A stretch of DNA of 59,694 nucleotides from Patescibacteria group bacterium (GTDB lineage Bacteria; Patescibacteriota; Minisyncoccia; Moranbacterales; DUUL01), in assembly GCA_034660175.1 (NCBI GenBank), contig JAYEIQ010000020.1, positions 1 through 59,694 of the forward strand. The letters are read 5' to 3'. The notes under the pieces were generated by a model that was given only the letters and a program-made list of their open reading frames with translations, had not been told where the DNA came from and did not search any database. Each line of letters starts with the position of its first letter. The stretch's first letter is position 1. A program made the translations under genes and the position numbers. Below are positions 45,275 through 55,490 of the stretch, in pieces.

Positions 45275-46756
45275 ATGCAAGAAATGAACACAAAAATAGG
45301 ATCTGTCACAGATGTCAAAAGATCGATTGGTAATAATGATTATAAAATTTTTGGAATTGGCGGCACACCAATAACACGTGCGGAAATCTATTCTCTCATC
45401 GATGATTTTGAATTGATCTGTACAGTTCCTTCTGGCGATCTTGCATGTGTTCAGAAAAAGCTCAGAGTCACTTGTTTTGAAATGAGAAATGAGAAGGGTT
45501 TTTATGTGAAAAAGCCAGACAAAATACTTGCCAATCCCAAGGTCGTTGAACATATCAAGGAAAGGTCAAAAAATAAAAAAGTTGGTATCTTACTCATGAA
45601 GCCTACAAAAAAGGCTACGGAAATTTGTGAGAGAAATGGTTGGACCTTACTTGGAAATAAAGATGAAATTGTCAAAAAATACAACAATAAAAATGAGTTT
45701 CAAGAACTACTCAAAAAAATTAATGTTCCTACGAATGCAATCTCCGTTAATCTAACTGAACTTCCAAAAGAGCTTAACAGTGCATTCGAGAAACTGGGCA
45801 ATGATATAGTTATTCAATTACCAGAAAGTTGTGGGGGCAGGGGAACTTTTTTCTTTAACAAAAAACAGCAAGAAGAAATTCCAACCTTGATCAAAAAAAG
45901 AGTGAAAACTTTAAACGAAGATGTTCCTGATGATTCCAGAGTTGTTATTAATAGTTTTTTCGAAGGACCATCCCTTAGCTCGCTTGGTTGTGTCACGAAA
46001 GAGAACGGAACTATTTCTTGTGATCCACAGTATCAATTGATAGGTATAGAGAAGGTCACTTGTGGTAAAACTGATGCAACGGGGGTTTTTTGCGGGAATG
46101 ACTGGGTTCTTTCAAACGATATTCCTAATAATATAAAAGAGCAATCTCAAGAAATTACTGAAAAAATTGGCAATAAACTTAAAGAAAATGAAGTTTTTGG
46201 CATTTTCGGAGTTGATTATATTTGGGATAAAAAGAGAGATGTTTTGGTTCCAAATGAGATAAACGTTCGAATAACTGGGGCTTTTCCAACAATAGTTTTT
46301 TCTCAATTGGAAGCTGGCACGGTGCCACTGATTGCGTTTCACGTACTGGACTTTTTGGATATCTCATACTCTCTTAAAGATTCCGAAATTTATAATAACA
46401 GAAAACGGAAAAAAGGAGCTCATTTGATCTTGTTCAATCCCAAAAGACACGATGTCGTTTGTGGTAATGAGATCTCTGGTGGTGTCTATTCTCTCGACAA
46501 AGAAAAGCATGTAAAATTTGAGCGTCTGGGATTCGAGTTTAACGATATAAAAAATCCCAAGGAATTTATCATAACAGATGGGATTCCAAGCAAAGGAGTT
46601 GTGCGAAAAAAAAATAAGAAAATCGTCAAAATAATAACCAAGGAAACAATCTGTAAAAGTCCTCAAAAATTGAACAGATGGGGAAATGAAATTGTTACCG
46701 CAACATACGAAGCTCTTGATTTAAAAAAAAAGAAAGAAAGACTGGAAATAATTTAA
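45275..46756 (+). CDS. Divergent ATP-grasp ligase with C-terminal accessory domain
   Basis: NNK, IVIQ...SCGGRGTFF, FCGNDW, GIFGVDY, EINVR.TG; start may be 45236. Confidence 0.78.
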   Translation: MQEMNTKIGSVTDVKRSIGNNDYKIFGIGGTPITRAEIYSLIDDFELICTVPSGDLACVQKKLRVTCFEMRNEKGFYVKKPDKILANPKVVEHIKERSKNKKVGILLMKPTKKATEICERNGWTLLGNKDEIVKKYNNKNEFQELLKKINVPTNAISVNLTELPKELNSAFEKLGNDIVIQLPESCGGRGTFFFNKKQQEEIPTLIKKRVKTLNEDVPDDSRVVINSFFEGPSLSSLGCVTKENGTISCDPQYQLIGIEKVTCGKTDATGVFCGNDWVLSNDIPNNIKEQSQEITEKIGNKLKENEVFGIFGVDYIWDKKRDVLVPNEINVRITGAFPTIVFSQLEAGTVPLIAFHVLDFLDISYSLKDSEIYNNRKRKKGAHLILFNPKRHDVVCGNEISGGVYSLDKEKHVKFERLGFEFNDIKNPKEFIITDGIPSKGVVRKKNKKIVKIITKETICKSPQKLNRWGNEIVTATYEALDLKKKKERLEII

Positions 46757-46942
46757 ACCGGAACAGGAGAACAAAGACACCAGAAATAACAGCCGAGAGC
46801 TTGGATGAGACAAAAAGAGTGGTTATTACAATAAACAATAAATAAAATAACGGAGGTGTTAAAAGTAGTTTTATTTAAAACATTAATTCTATCAATTGGA
46901 CTCGCTATTTTGGCGAAAATAATTTTGTATAATAAATATTCC

Positions 46943-49576
46943 ATGAAAAAGGATTCAAAAACTGGAAAAGTTATAAAATTGAATAAAAACAGAGATGGAT
47001 TGAAATCTCAAAAACCAAAAAAATACCGCAAGACAAAAATTGCACTTTTTTTGTTTGGAATGCTTGTTTTAACAGGTATCGTGGCAATTGGAAGTCTCTT
47101 TGCTTTCTATGCAAAAGATCTACCAAATCCAGAACGAGTCAATCGTCGTGTCGTTGCAGAATCAACCAAAATCTATGATCGAACAGGTGAAAAGCTTCTC
47201 TATGAAATTCATGGGGAAGAGAAAAGAACAATCATTCCTATGAAAGAAATTCCTGATGCGGCAAAATATGCAACAATTGTACTTGAAGATGATATTTTCT
47301 ATGCTCACAGTGGCTTCGATATTGGAGGACTCATTAAGGCTGTTTGCCACGAAGCCTCTTCTGCGGCTGGAATGGGTGATCTTGGTGGTCTTTGCCCTCA
47401 ACGTGGTGGATCAACGATCACTCAACAATTTATTAAAAATTCAATTTTAACCTCTGAGAGAAGCTATTCTAGAAAGATTAAGGAAATCATTTTGGCAATA
47501 GAAATAGAACAAAAATTTGAAAAGGATGAAATTCTGAGAATGTACTTGAATGAAATTCCATATGGATCAAACGCCTATGGAATTGAAGCTGCTGCACAAA
47601 CATTTTTCGGCAAACATGCAAAAGAACTAACACTTGCTCAAGCAGCAATGTTGGCTACACTGCCAAATGCACCAACATACTATTCGCCTCACGGTACGCA
47701 CACAGACAGACTGCTAGCAAGATGGTCTCACACCATTGATCAAATGGCTAATCTGGGATACATAACGGATCAACAAGCCGAAGATGCAAAAAATGAAGAC
47801 ATTTTGTCTCAAGTTAAATCACTTGTAGATGATATTGATGCTCCACATTTTGTTCTCTATGTAAAAGAAAAACTTGTTGAAGAATTTGGAGGAGATGAGA
47901 TTAAAAGCGAAGGACTAAAAGTGGTGACTACACTTGACTGGAACTTGCAACAACTGGCAGAGAAAACCGTCCGAGAAGGTGTTGAAGAAAATGGTGAGCG
48001 TTATAATTTTGAAAATGCAGCCTTAGTTGCAACCAATCCTCGAAATGGCCAGGTTCTTGCTATGGTTGGTTCTCGAGACTACTTTGATGAAGAAATTGAC
48101 GGAAATGTTAATGTTGCAACAAGACTCAGACAACCAGGCTCATCTTTCAAGCCATATGTATATGCACAAGCTTTCCGTGAAGGATATACACCAAAAACAA
48201 CACTTTTTGATGTTAAGACTGAGTTTTCTCAAATAGCTCAGAATGAATACAAACCACAAAACTATGATGGCAAATTCAGAGGACCAGTACAGATGGAAGA
48301 TGCCCTGGGCATGTCTTTAAACATTCCAGCAGTAAAGGCGCTCTACCTTGCAGGAGTCAAAGACTCAATCAGACTTGCCAAGTCAATGGGAATTACAGAT
48401 CTCAATCAACCTGAGAGATATGGCCTTTCTTTGGTTCTTGGTGGGGGAGAAGTTAAACTTCTTGATCATGTCGGTGCATTCGGAGTCTTTGCGAATGAGG
48501 GAGTTAAACATGATCAAAGAGTGATCTTGAAAATTGAAGACTCAAAAGGTGAGGAACTGAAAAACTATGAAGACTCAAAAGGCAAACGTGTTCTTGAAAA
48601 AGAAGTTGCCCTTGAAATGTGTGAAATTCTTTCAAACAACAAATTTCGAGCGCCTACTTTTGGGACAGCAAATCCACTAAATATCTCAGGAAGACACGTG
48701 ATTGCAAAGACAGGAACAACAAACGAATATCGCGATGGTTGGTTAGTTGGATCTTCGAAGTCACTTGCTGCAGGTGTCTGGACAGGAAACAATGACAATA
48801 GGGAAATGGCAGTTGGTGCTGCAGGAGCAAACGTTGCTGGTCCAATCTGGAACACTTTCATGAAAGAAGCGCTCAGTAATCATCAAGATGAAAAGTTTGA
48901 GGATCCAAAAAAGCGAGAGAAGAGTGACAAAAAGATCATCGATGGTGGTTATAAAGTCGTTGAAAGAATTGATGTTTGCAAATATGACGATGGAAAATAT
49001 TGTCTTTCCAACAAGCATTGTCCCAAGAAAAAGAAAGATGACAAAAAATATTTCACTGGCCATAATATTTTGCACTATGTCGACAAAGAAGATCCATTGG
49101 GGAAGGAACCGAAAAGGCCGAAGGATGACCCTCAATATAAAAATTGGGAAAAGGCAGTTAAAAAGTGGGGCGAAAAACACGCTGATGGCAAAGGAAGAGA
49201 TATTCCTCCAGAAAAAGAATGTGATGAAGATCATTTCTCAAACGATTTCTCTAGTATCAAAATTGCATCGCCAGGGAATGATGATACGATAGATAATGAC
49301 AAAATCACTATCAAAACAGACATTTCTGGTGTTGCTGAAGTTAGACAAGTAGATTTCTTTTTTGATGGTGAAAACATTGGATCAAGAAGCAGACCTCCTT
49401 TTGAAATTGACTACAGAATACCTTCTAGCAAAAACAACAAAATAGTGGCTATCCGTGTCAAACTCTATGACGAAGAGGACGGAAACGATGAAGATAAGAT
49501 CAGTGTGAAAATAGATATACATGATGGATTTTTCAGTTTGTGGAACTACTTCAAGACTCAAAAAACTATAGTGTAG
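46943..49576 (+). CDS. Class A penicillin-binding protein (PBP1A family) with C-terminal Ig-like domain
   Basis: ED..FY.H.G, GGSTITQQ, RKIKE; S.FK (PGSSFKP), SLN, KTGT. Confidence 0.94.
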   Translation: MKKDSKTGKVIKLNKNRDGLKSQKPKKYRKTKIALFLFGMLVLTGIVAIGSLFAFYAKDLPNPERVNRRVVAESTKIYDRTGEKLLYEIHGEEKRTIIPMKEIPDAAKYATIVLEDDIFYAHSGFDIGGLIKAVCHEASSAAGMGDLGGLCPQRGGSTITQQFIKNSILTSERSYSRKIKEIILAIEIEQKFEKDEILRMYLNEIPYGSNAYGIEAAAQTFFGKHAKELTLAQAAMLATLPNAPTYYSPHGTHTDRLLARWSHTIDQMANLGYITDQQAEDAKNEDILSQVKSLVDDIDAPHFVLYVKEKLVEEFGGDEIKSEGLKVVTTLDWNLQQLAEKTVREGVEENGERYNFENAALVATNPRNGQVLAMVGSRDYFDEEIDGNVNVATRLRQPGSSFKPYVYAQAFREGYTPKTTLFDVKTEFSQIAQNEYKPQNYDGKFRGPVQMEDALGMSLNIPAVKALYLAGVKDSIRLAKSMGITDLNQPERYGLSLVLGGGEVKLLDHVGAFGVFANEGVKHDQRVILKIEDSKGEELKNYEDSKGKRVLEKEVALEMCEILSNNKFRAPTFGTANPLNISGRHVIAKTGTTNEYRDGWLVGSSKSLAAGVWTGNNDNREMAVGAAGANVAGPIWNTFMKEALSNHQDEKFEDPKKREKSDKKIIDGGYKVVERIDVCKYDDGKYCLSNKHCPKKKKDDKKYFTGHNILHYVDKEDPLGKEPKRPKDDPQYKNWEKAVKKWGEKHADGKGRDIPPEKECDEDHFSNDFSSIKIASPGNDDTIDNDKITIKTDISGVAEVRQVDFFFDGENIGSRSRPPFEIDYRIPSSKNNKIVAIRVKLYDEEDGNDEDKISVKIDIHDGFFSLWNYFKTQKTIV

Positions 49577-49668
49577 CAATACATTGTTTTTTGCTCAAAA
49601 TGTATGGGAATTTTTATTTTCGTGCATTTTTTATTTTTTAAAATGAGGCAGATAATATCTTTCAAATC

Positions 49669-49731
49669 TTGACAATCAGCACGGTTTCGTTAGAATGAAG
49701 AACGTTAGCAAACAAACAATGTGAATGCTAA
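49669..49731 (+). promoter_or_regulatory. Sigma70 promoter and CIRCE operator for groEL
   Basis: TTGACA 49669-74, TAGAAT 49691-96; TTAGCAAAC-N9-GAATGCTAA 49705-49731. Confidence 0.8.
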
Positions 49732-49771
49732 ATCGTATTTACAAATGCCATAATCATTAAATTACTTATAA

Positions 49772-51466
<1,695 letters not shown>

Positions 51467-51486
51467 TATTCACAAAATCTTTCCAT

Positions 51487-51529
51487 AAAAAAACGGCTTG
51501 GCTCGATGATTCGAGTCAGCCGTTTTTTT
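51487..51529. terminator. Bidirectional terminator
   Basis: AAAAAAACGGCT...AGCCGTTTTTTT. Confidence 0.8.
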
Positions 51530-51548
51530 CGTTCTGAGTCTTTATTTC

Positions 51549-52217
51549 TCAGTCGATTTCAAGTTCAGTTTCTTCTTGGTTTCGTATTGATTTTCCAGCT
51601 TGGTCGATGCACCAAAGAATTTTTTTGTGCCAAAGAGTACAAACACTCCCCAACAACATAATTGCCAAAAGTGCCGTTGGTCCAATGTAGACTGTCTTCA
51701 GCCAGTATAACTGAACAACCAGAGCCATCGCACAAGTCAAATGGACAAATTGTCTTATTTTGCTTGAGACATGAACATCTAATCCAATTTTTTCTTTGAT
51801 GGCTTCCACACCACAACTAATGTTTTTCTTGGCAACAAAAACTTCAATGCCCACAAGAATTGCAACAAATGTTACAGTCAAATAATTTGTGGTGTGGTGC
51901 AGAAAATTCCACACCAGGGCAATTCCCAAAAAGCGATCGCGAAAACCGTCAATGAATTTCCCCACCCAACTGTGTTGATCGAATTTGGTAGCCAAGTAAC
52001 CATCAAGTAAATCAGATAACCCGATAAGGAAAATTACAATAGGAATAGTAGTAGTCCAAAAATTGGATTTGAATTGAACAATGTAGAAAATTGTCAACAA
52101 GATTCCAATCATGGTCACTGTGTTTGGTACCGTCAGAATTTTGTTCCTCACAACCTCTCTGAGCACATTACTGCCAGAGAACTCTCCAATTAGATAATAC
52201 GTTAGCTCTTTCAACAT
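51549..52217 (-). CDS. CDP-alcohol phosphatidyltransferase family protein
   Basis: TVPN.VT, D.LDG.LA........G..ID...D signature. Confidence 0.85.
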   Translation of the reverse strand: MLKELTYYLIGEFSGSNVLREVVRNKILTVPNTVTMIGILLTIFYIVQFKSNFWTTTIPIVIFLIGLSDLLDGYLATKFDQHSWVGKFIDGFRDRFLGIALVWNFLHHTTNYLTVTFVAILVGIEVFVAKKNISCGVEAIKEKIGLDVHVSSKIRQFVHLTCAMALVVQLYWLKTVYIGPTALLAIMLLGSVCTLWHKKILWCIDQAGKSIRNQEETELEID

Positions 52218-52412
52218 TTGATTTCTCCTCTTCTGTCATTCTCTGTTAATTTTCAAAAAACTAAAGTATTTAACATTTATTCATCTCATTTAGATGTTAA
52301 TTATACTCAACGTAAACCGTCAAAATTGCAGTTCAGATGGTAAAAACATCCTCAACCGCATACCATAGTTTTTCCTTCTTGACACTCATAGCTCCTCCTC
52401 AAAAGCAAGTTT

Positions 52413-52568
52413 CTAAAGATTGTCGAAATCATCATCAAAGGGATGAAAAGGGTCATAACCGTTTTTTTTCACGAACTTCATGCGAAACTCCCGCCACTCC
52501 TTGTTGGTATTTTCCATTTCCTCCATCTTCTCACTGATCCATGTCCAGATTTTTCTTAACATTTCCAT
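52413..52568 (-). CDS. 51 aa small protein absent from the ORF track
   Basis: GGAGGT SD before ATG; MEMLRKIWTWISEKMEEMENTNKEWREFRMKFVKKNGYDPFHPFDDDFDNL. Confidence 0.5.
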   Translation of the reverse strand: MEMLRKIWTWISEKMEEMENTNKEWREFRMKFVKKNGYDPFHPFDDDFDNL

Positions 52569-52825
52569 GTTTCCACCTCCAAAGGATTTTGAAAGTTACA
52601 ACTTTGACAAAAAATACTTTTGTCTTGCCAAAAAGATAATACGCTACATCACCAAATGAGACGTGAATACCTTTGATATTTGTTCCTATTTTAGGCTCAT
52701 TTCCTTTTCCAAAGGTGATTAAATTGAAAATATGAAATTGACAAAGAAACTCGTTTTTTAACCAATCATTATACATCAAACTGCAATAATTGTCAATAGT
52801 TGATATTTACTAAATTATACAACAT

Positions 52826-52885
52826 TTGACAAATTTTTCACAGTGTAATAGAATCTAATTAGCAGTCTTATGTATAGAGTGCTAA
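52826..52885 (+). promoter_or_regulatory. Sigma70 promoter and CIRCE operator for the hrcA operon
   Basis: TTGACA 52826-31, 17 nt, TAGAAT 52849-54; TTAGCAGTC-N9-GAGTGCTAA 52859-52885 (1 mismatch to consensus). Confidence 0.92.
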
Positions 52886-52910
52886 TTGACTAAATTAAGA
52901 ATAAGTCAAT

Positions 52911-53684
52911 ATGCTCAGCGAAAGACAGGGAAATATTCTAGCCTCAATAGTTCGAGAGCACACTGCAACAGCAGTGCCTGTTGGAAGCACTCAGCTCGCA
53001 AAAAAATATCATCCTGAAATTTCACCAGCAACAATTCGAAATGAAATGGGAAAACTGGAGAAAGATGGCTTCATCATCAAACCTCACATTTCATCAGGTC
53101 GTGTTCCATCTGACAAAGGTTATCGATATTTCGTGGACAAGTCGCTCAAGACAAAAGAACTTTCACAAGATGATCAAAAAAGATTGCAAGTTGAATTACT
53201 CAAGACAAAAACACAGAACGTTCGACTTTCATGCACACTCGCAAAAATGCTTTCCGCAACCTCTCACTGCATGGCAATAAGCGGAGTAGTGGGAAAAAAG
53301 GAGTTTTTTGATTTTGGAATGCACACCCTTTTAGAAGACCCGGAATTCAATGAACTTGACGATATTTCAAAAATTTTTGCTTCACTGGATCTTATTGACG
53401 AAAGAGCAGAGGAATTGCTGGCCCAATTGGAGGATGGGGAAACAAAAATTTTTATTGGCAAAGAGAACCCTATCAAGGAAATCCAAAAATGCTCAATGAT
53501 TATTGCACCATATCGTTCAGCAAGTGGAGAGCGTGGAATTCTTGCAATTGTTGGACCAAAAAGAATGCACTATGGCAAGAATAAAACATTGATCGATTTT
53601 GTGAAAAATATTTTTGGAGAAAAAGACAAAACAATGATAGCTTTTGTTGTCTCATTTCCGTTTTCTCAAACAATAAATTTCTAA
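52911..53684 (+). CDS. hrcA: Heat-inducible transcription repressor HrcA (short form)
   Basis: PVGS, SPATIRNEM..LE..G....PH.SSGRVP.DKGYR, IG.EN, GPKRM.Y. Confidence 0.95.
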   Translation: MLSERQGNILASIVREHTATAVPVGSTQLAKKYHPEISPATIRNEMGKLEKDGFIIKPHISSGRVPSDKGYRYFVDKSLKTKELSQDDQKRLQVELLKTKTQNVRLSCTLAKMLSATSHCMAISGVVGKKEFFDFGMHTLLEDPEFNELDDISKIFASLDLIDERAEELLAQLEDGETKIFIGKENPIKEIQKCSMIIAPYRSASGERGILAIVGPKRMHYGKNKTLIDFVKNIFGEKDKTMIAFVVSFPFSQTINF

Positions 53685-53693
53685 AACTTGGAC

Positions 53694-54593
53694 ATGGTAA
53701 AAACAAATAACAAGGAAGGTAAAATCAAGGACCCTCAGGAAATTGGACTGGTTCGACCAATGGCAATAACAATAAAAGCTGTTGTGGTCAGTACACAGAG
53801 TGGAAAAGTATTACTCCTCAAACGCTCAAGAAAAGAACTTTTTAACAAAAATAAATGGGATTTGCCTGGAGGACACATTGAAAAAGGTGAAACGATCGAA
53901 GAATCTCTGAAAAGAGAAGTCATGCAAGAAACAGGATTGAAAATTGAAGTGGGACCGCTCTTGCAATTCACCGAATTTGAAAAGTCACACAAAGCTTTTA
54001 AGCAGGAGAAGAGAGGCTTGAGGTTCATTGCCTTGTCTGAAAGTGAAGATGTGGAGTTGGGAAAAGAGCATAGCAAATTTGTTTGGTTGACATTCGAAGA
54101 CGCAATCAAGAAACTCTCAAATGATGGATTTGAAAAAGAAAAAAAAGAAGTTATGGTCCTTGCTAAACAGAGAATTGAAATGGAAGAAGTAGTTGAAAGT
54201 TGGAAACGAACAGTAGCAGACTTTGAGAATTTCAAGAAAAGAACAGAGACAAGCAATGAAGAATTTCGTAAATTTTGTTTAGAAGGTTATGTAAATGATC
54301 TCTTGCCCGTTTTGGACAATTTTGAAATGGCAACAGACCACATTCCTGAGGATCAAAAAGACTCGCCATGGATCACTGGCATCATGCATATCAAAAAACA
54401 ACTGAAAAATGTCCTGGCAACACAAGGGGTGAGTGAAATTAAGAGCAAGCCAGGAGAAAAGATTGACGTTTCAAAGCATGAAGTGATCATTTCGAAAGAC
54501 AAGAATGGCAGTTCAAAAGTGAGCAAAGTTCTCAAGAAAGGATATGAAATGAATGGAAAAGTCATCAGGCCTGCAATTGTTGAAGCAAAGTAG
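53694..54593 (+). CDS. grpE: GrpE nucleotide exchange factor with N-terminal NUDIX domain
   Basis: Nudix box GGHIEKGETIEESLKREVMQETGL, then ADFENFKKR, LLPVLDNFE, KGY....VIRPA.V in one ORF. Confidence 0.9.
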   Translation: MVKTNNKEGKIKDPQEIGLVRPMAITIKAVVVSTQSGKVLLLKRSRKELFNKNKWDLPGGHIEKGETIEESLKREVMQETGLKIEVGPLLQFTEFEKSHKAFKQEKRGLRFIALSESEDVELGKEHSKFVWLTFEDAIKKLSNDGFEKEKKEVMVLAKQRIEMEEVVESWKRTVADFENFKKRTETSNEEFRKFCLEGYVNDLLPVLDNFEMATDHIPEDQKDSPWITGIMHIKKQLKNVLATQGVSEIKSKPGEKIDVSKHEVIISKDKNGSSKVSKVLKKGYEMNGKVIRPAIVEAK

Positions 54594-54676
54594 TTTATAC
54601 ATTGAGTATTTAGTAATTTATTAATTGTTCAAATGTTGTTGCATCAATTTGTCAGCAACACGAGAACCAAAAAAAT

Positions 54677-55090
54677 ATGAGAAGAAGACATCAATTAGTA
54701 CACTGGGATCCCTTTGCGGAACTCACAGGTCATTGGGATGACGACATGATCAGCGGAGAATTTGCTCCAGCTGCAGACATCTATCAAGACAAGGACAATG
54801 TGATCGTTGAAATGGATGTCCCTGGCATCGATGGAGAAAAAGTTGACATCTCTGTTGAGAATGATGTTTTGACTGTTTCTGGATCCAAAGAGGAGAAAAA
54901 AGAGGTTAAGAAAGAAGATTATTATCGAAAAGAGATCCGTTGTGGAACTTTTTCTCGCTCAATCATCTTGCCTATGCAAGTGAAAGGAAATGAGGCAGAG
55001 GCTCAATTCAAAAAGGGAACATTGAAAATCACTCTTCCCAAGGCTGAAGAGGTCAAACCAAAGAAAATCGCAGTTCAAGTCAAAGAGTAG
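54677..55090 (+). CDS. Hsp20/alpha-crystallin small heat-shock protein
   Basis: PAADIY, DVPG, LTVSG, G.FSRSI.LP, A.FKKG.L.ITLPK. Confidence 0.94.
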   Translation: MRRRHQLVHWDPFAELTGHWDDDMISGEFAPAADIYQDKDNVIVEMDVPGIDGEKVDISVENDVLTVSGSKEEKKEVKKEDYYRKEIRCGTFSRSIILPMQVKGNEAEAQFKKGTLKITLPKAEEVKPKKIAVQVKE

Positions 55091-55094
55091 TAAA

Positions 55095-55141
55095 AAGCAA
55101 AAGGGCGGACTTTCCGTTGAAAGTCTCGCCCTTCCTTGCTT
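55095..55141. terminator. Strong hairpin after hsp20
   Basis: AAGC..AAGGGCGGACTTTC/GAAAGTCTCGCCCTT..GCTT. Confidence 0.6.
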
Positions 55142-55490
55142 GATTACCAAGATTTTCTAGGTAACAGTAGCATTGAGTAACCCATCCAAATGAAACTCAG
55201 CGTTTCCGATTATGAATCTGATCTTTTTCTGATTCGTGCCCTGACCAGCTAGTTCTTGAATCTTATTGACCTTTGCTCTGAAACCATTCAACATGTCCCT
55301 AGTTTTTTTCCAATGATTATTCCTCCCTTATCCTGTAATTTTTATCAAACAAGATACATTTTTATTTTCAGAAAAACATATTCCAATTCTATATTTGAAT
55401 GAGTTTTCCTGTCAATAATAATGTTGTTATCTGTCAATAACATAAACACGACAGAATTTTTTAAAAACCATAATTAATCAAGAAAAAACA

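Noticed and set aside
52531-52779. 82 aa - strand ORF
   Set aside because: No motif or SD; overlaps a better supported SD-led 51 aa ORF in another frame
55157-55294. 45 aa - strand ORF between hsp20 and dnaK
   Set aside because: The nearby GGAGG lines up with a TTG in a frame that stops quickly; possibly a gene remnant but not supportable
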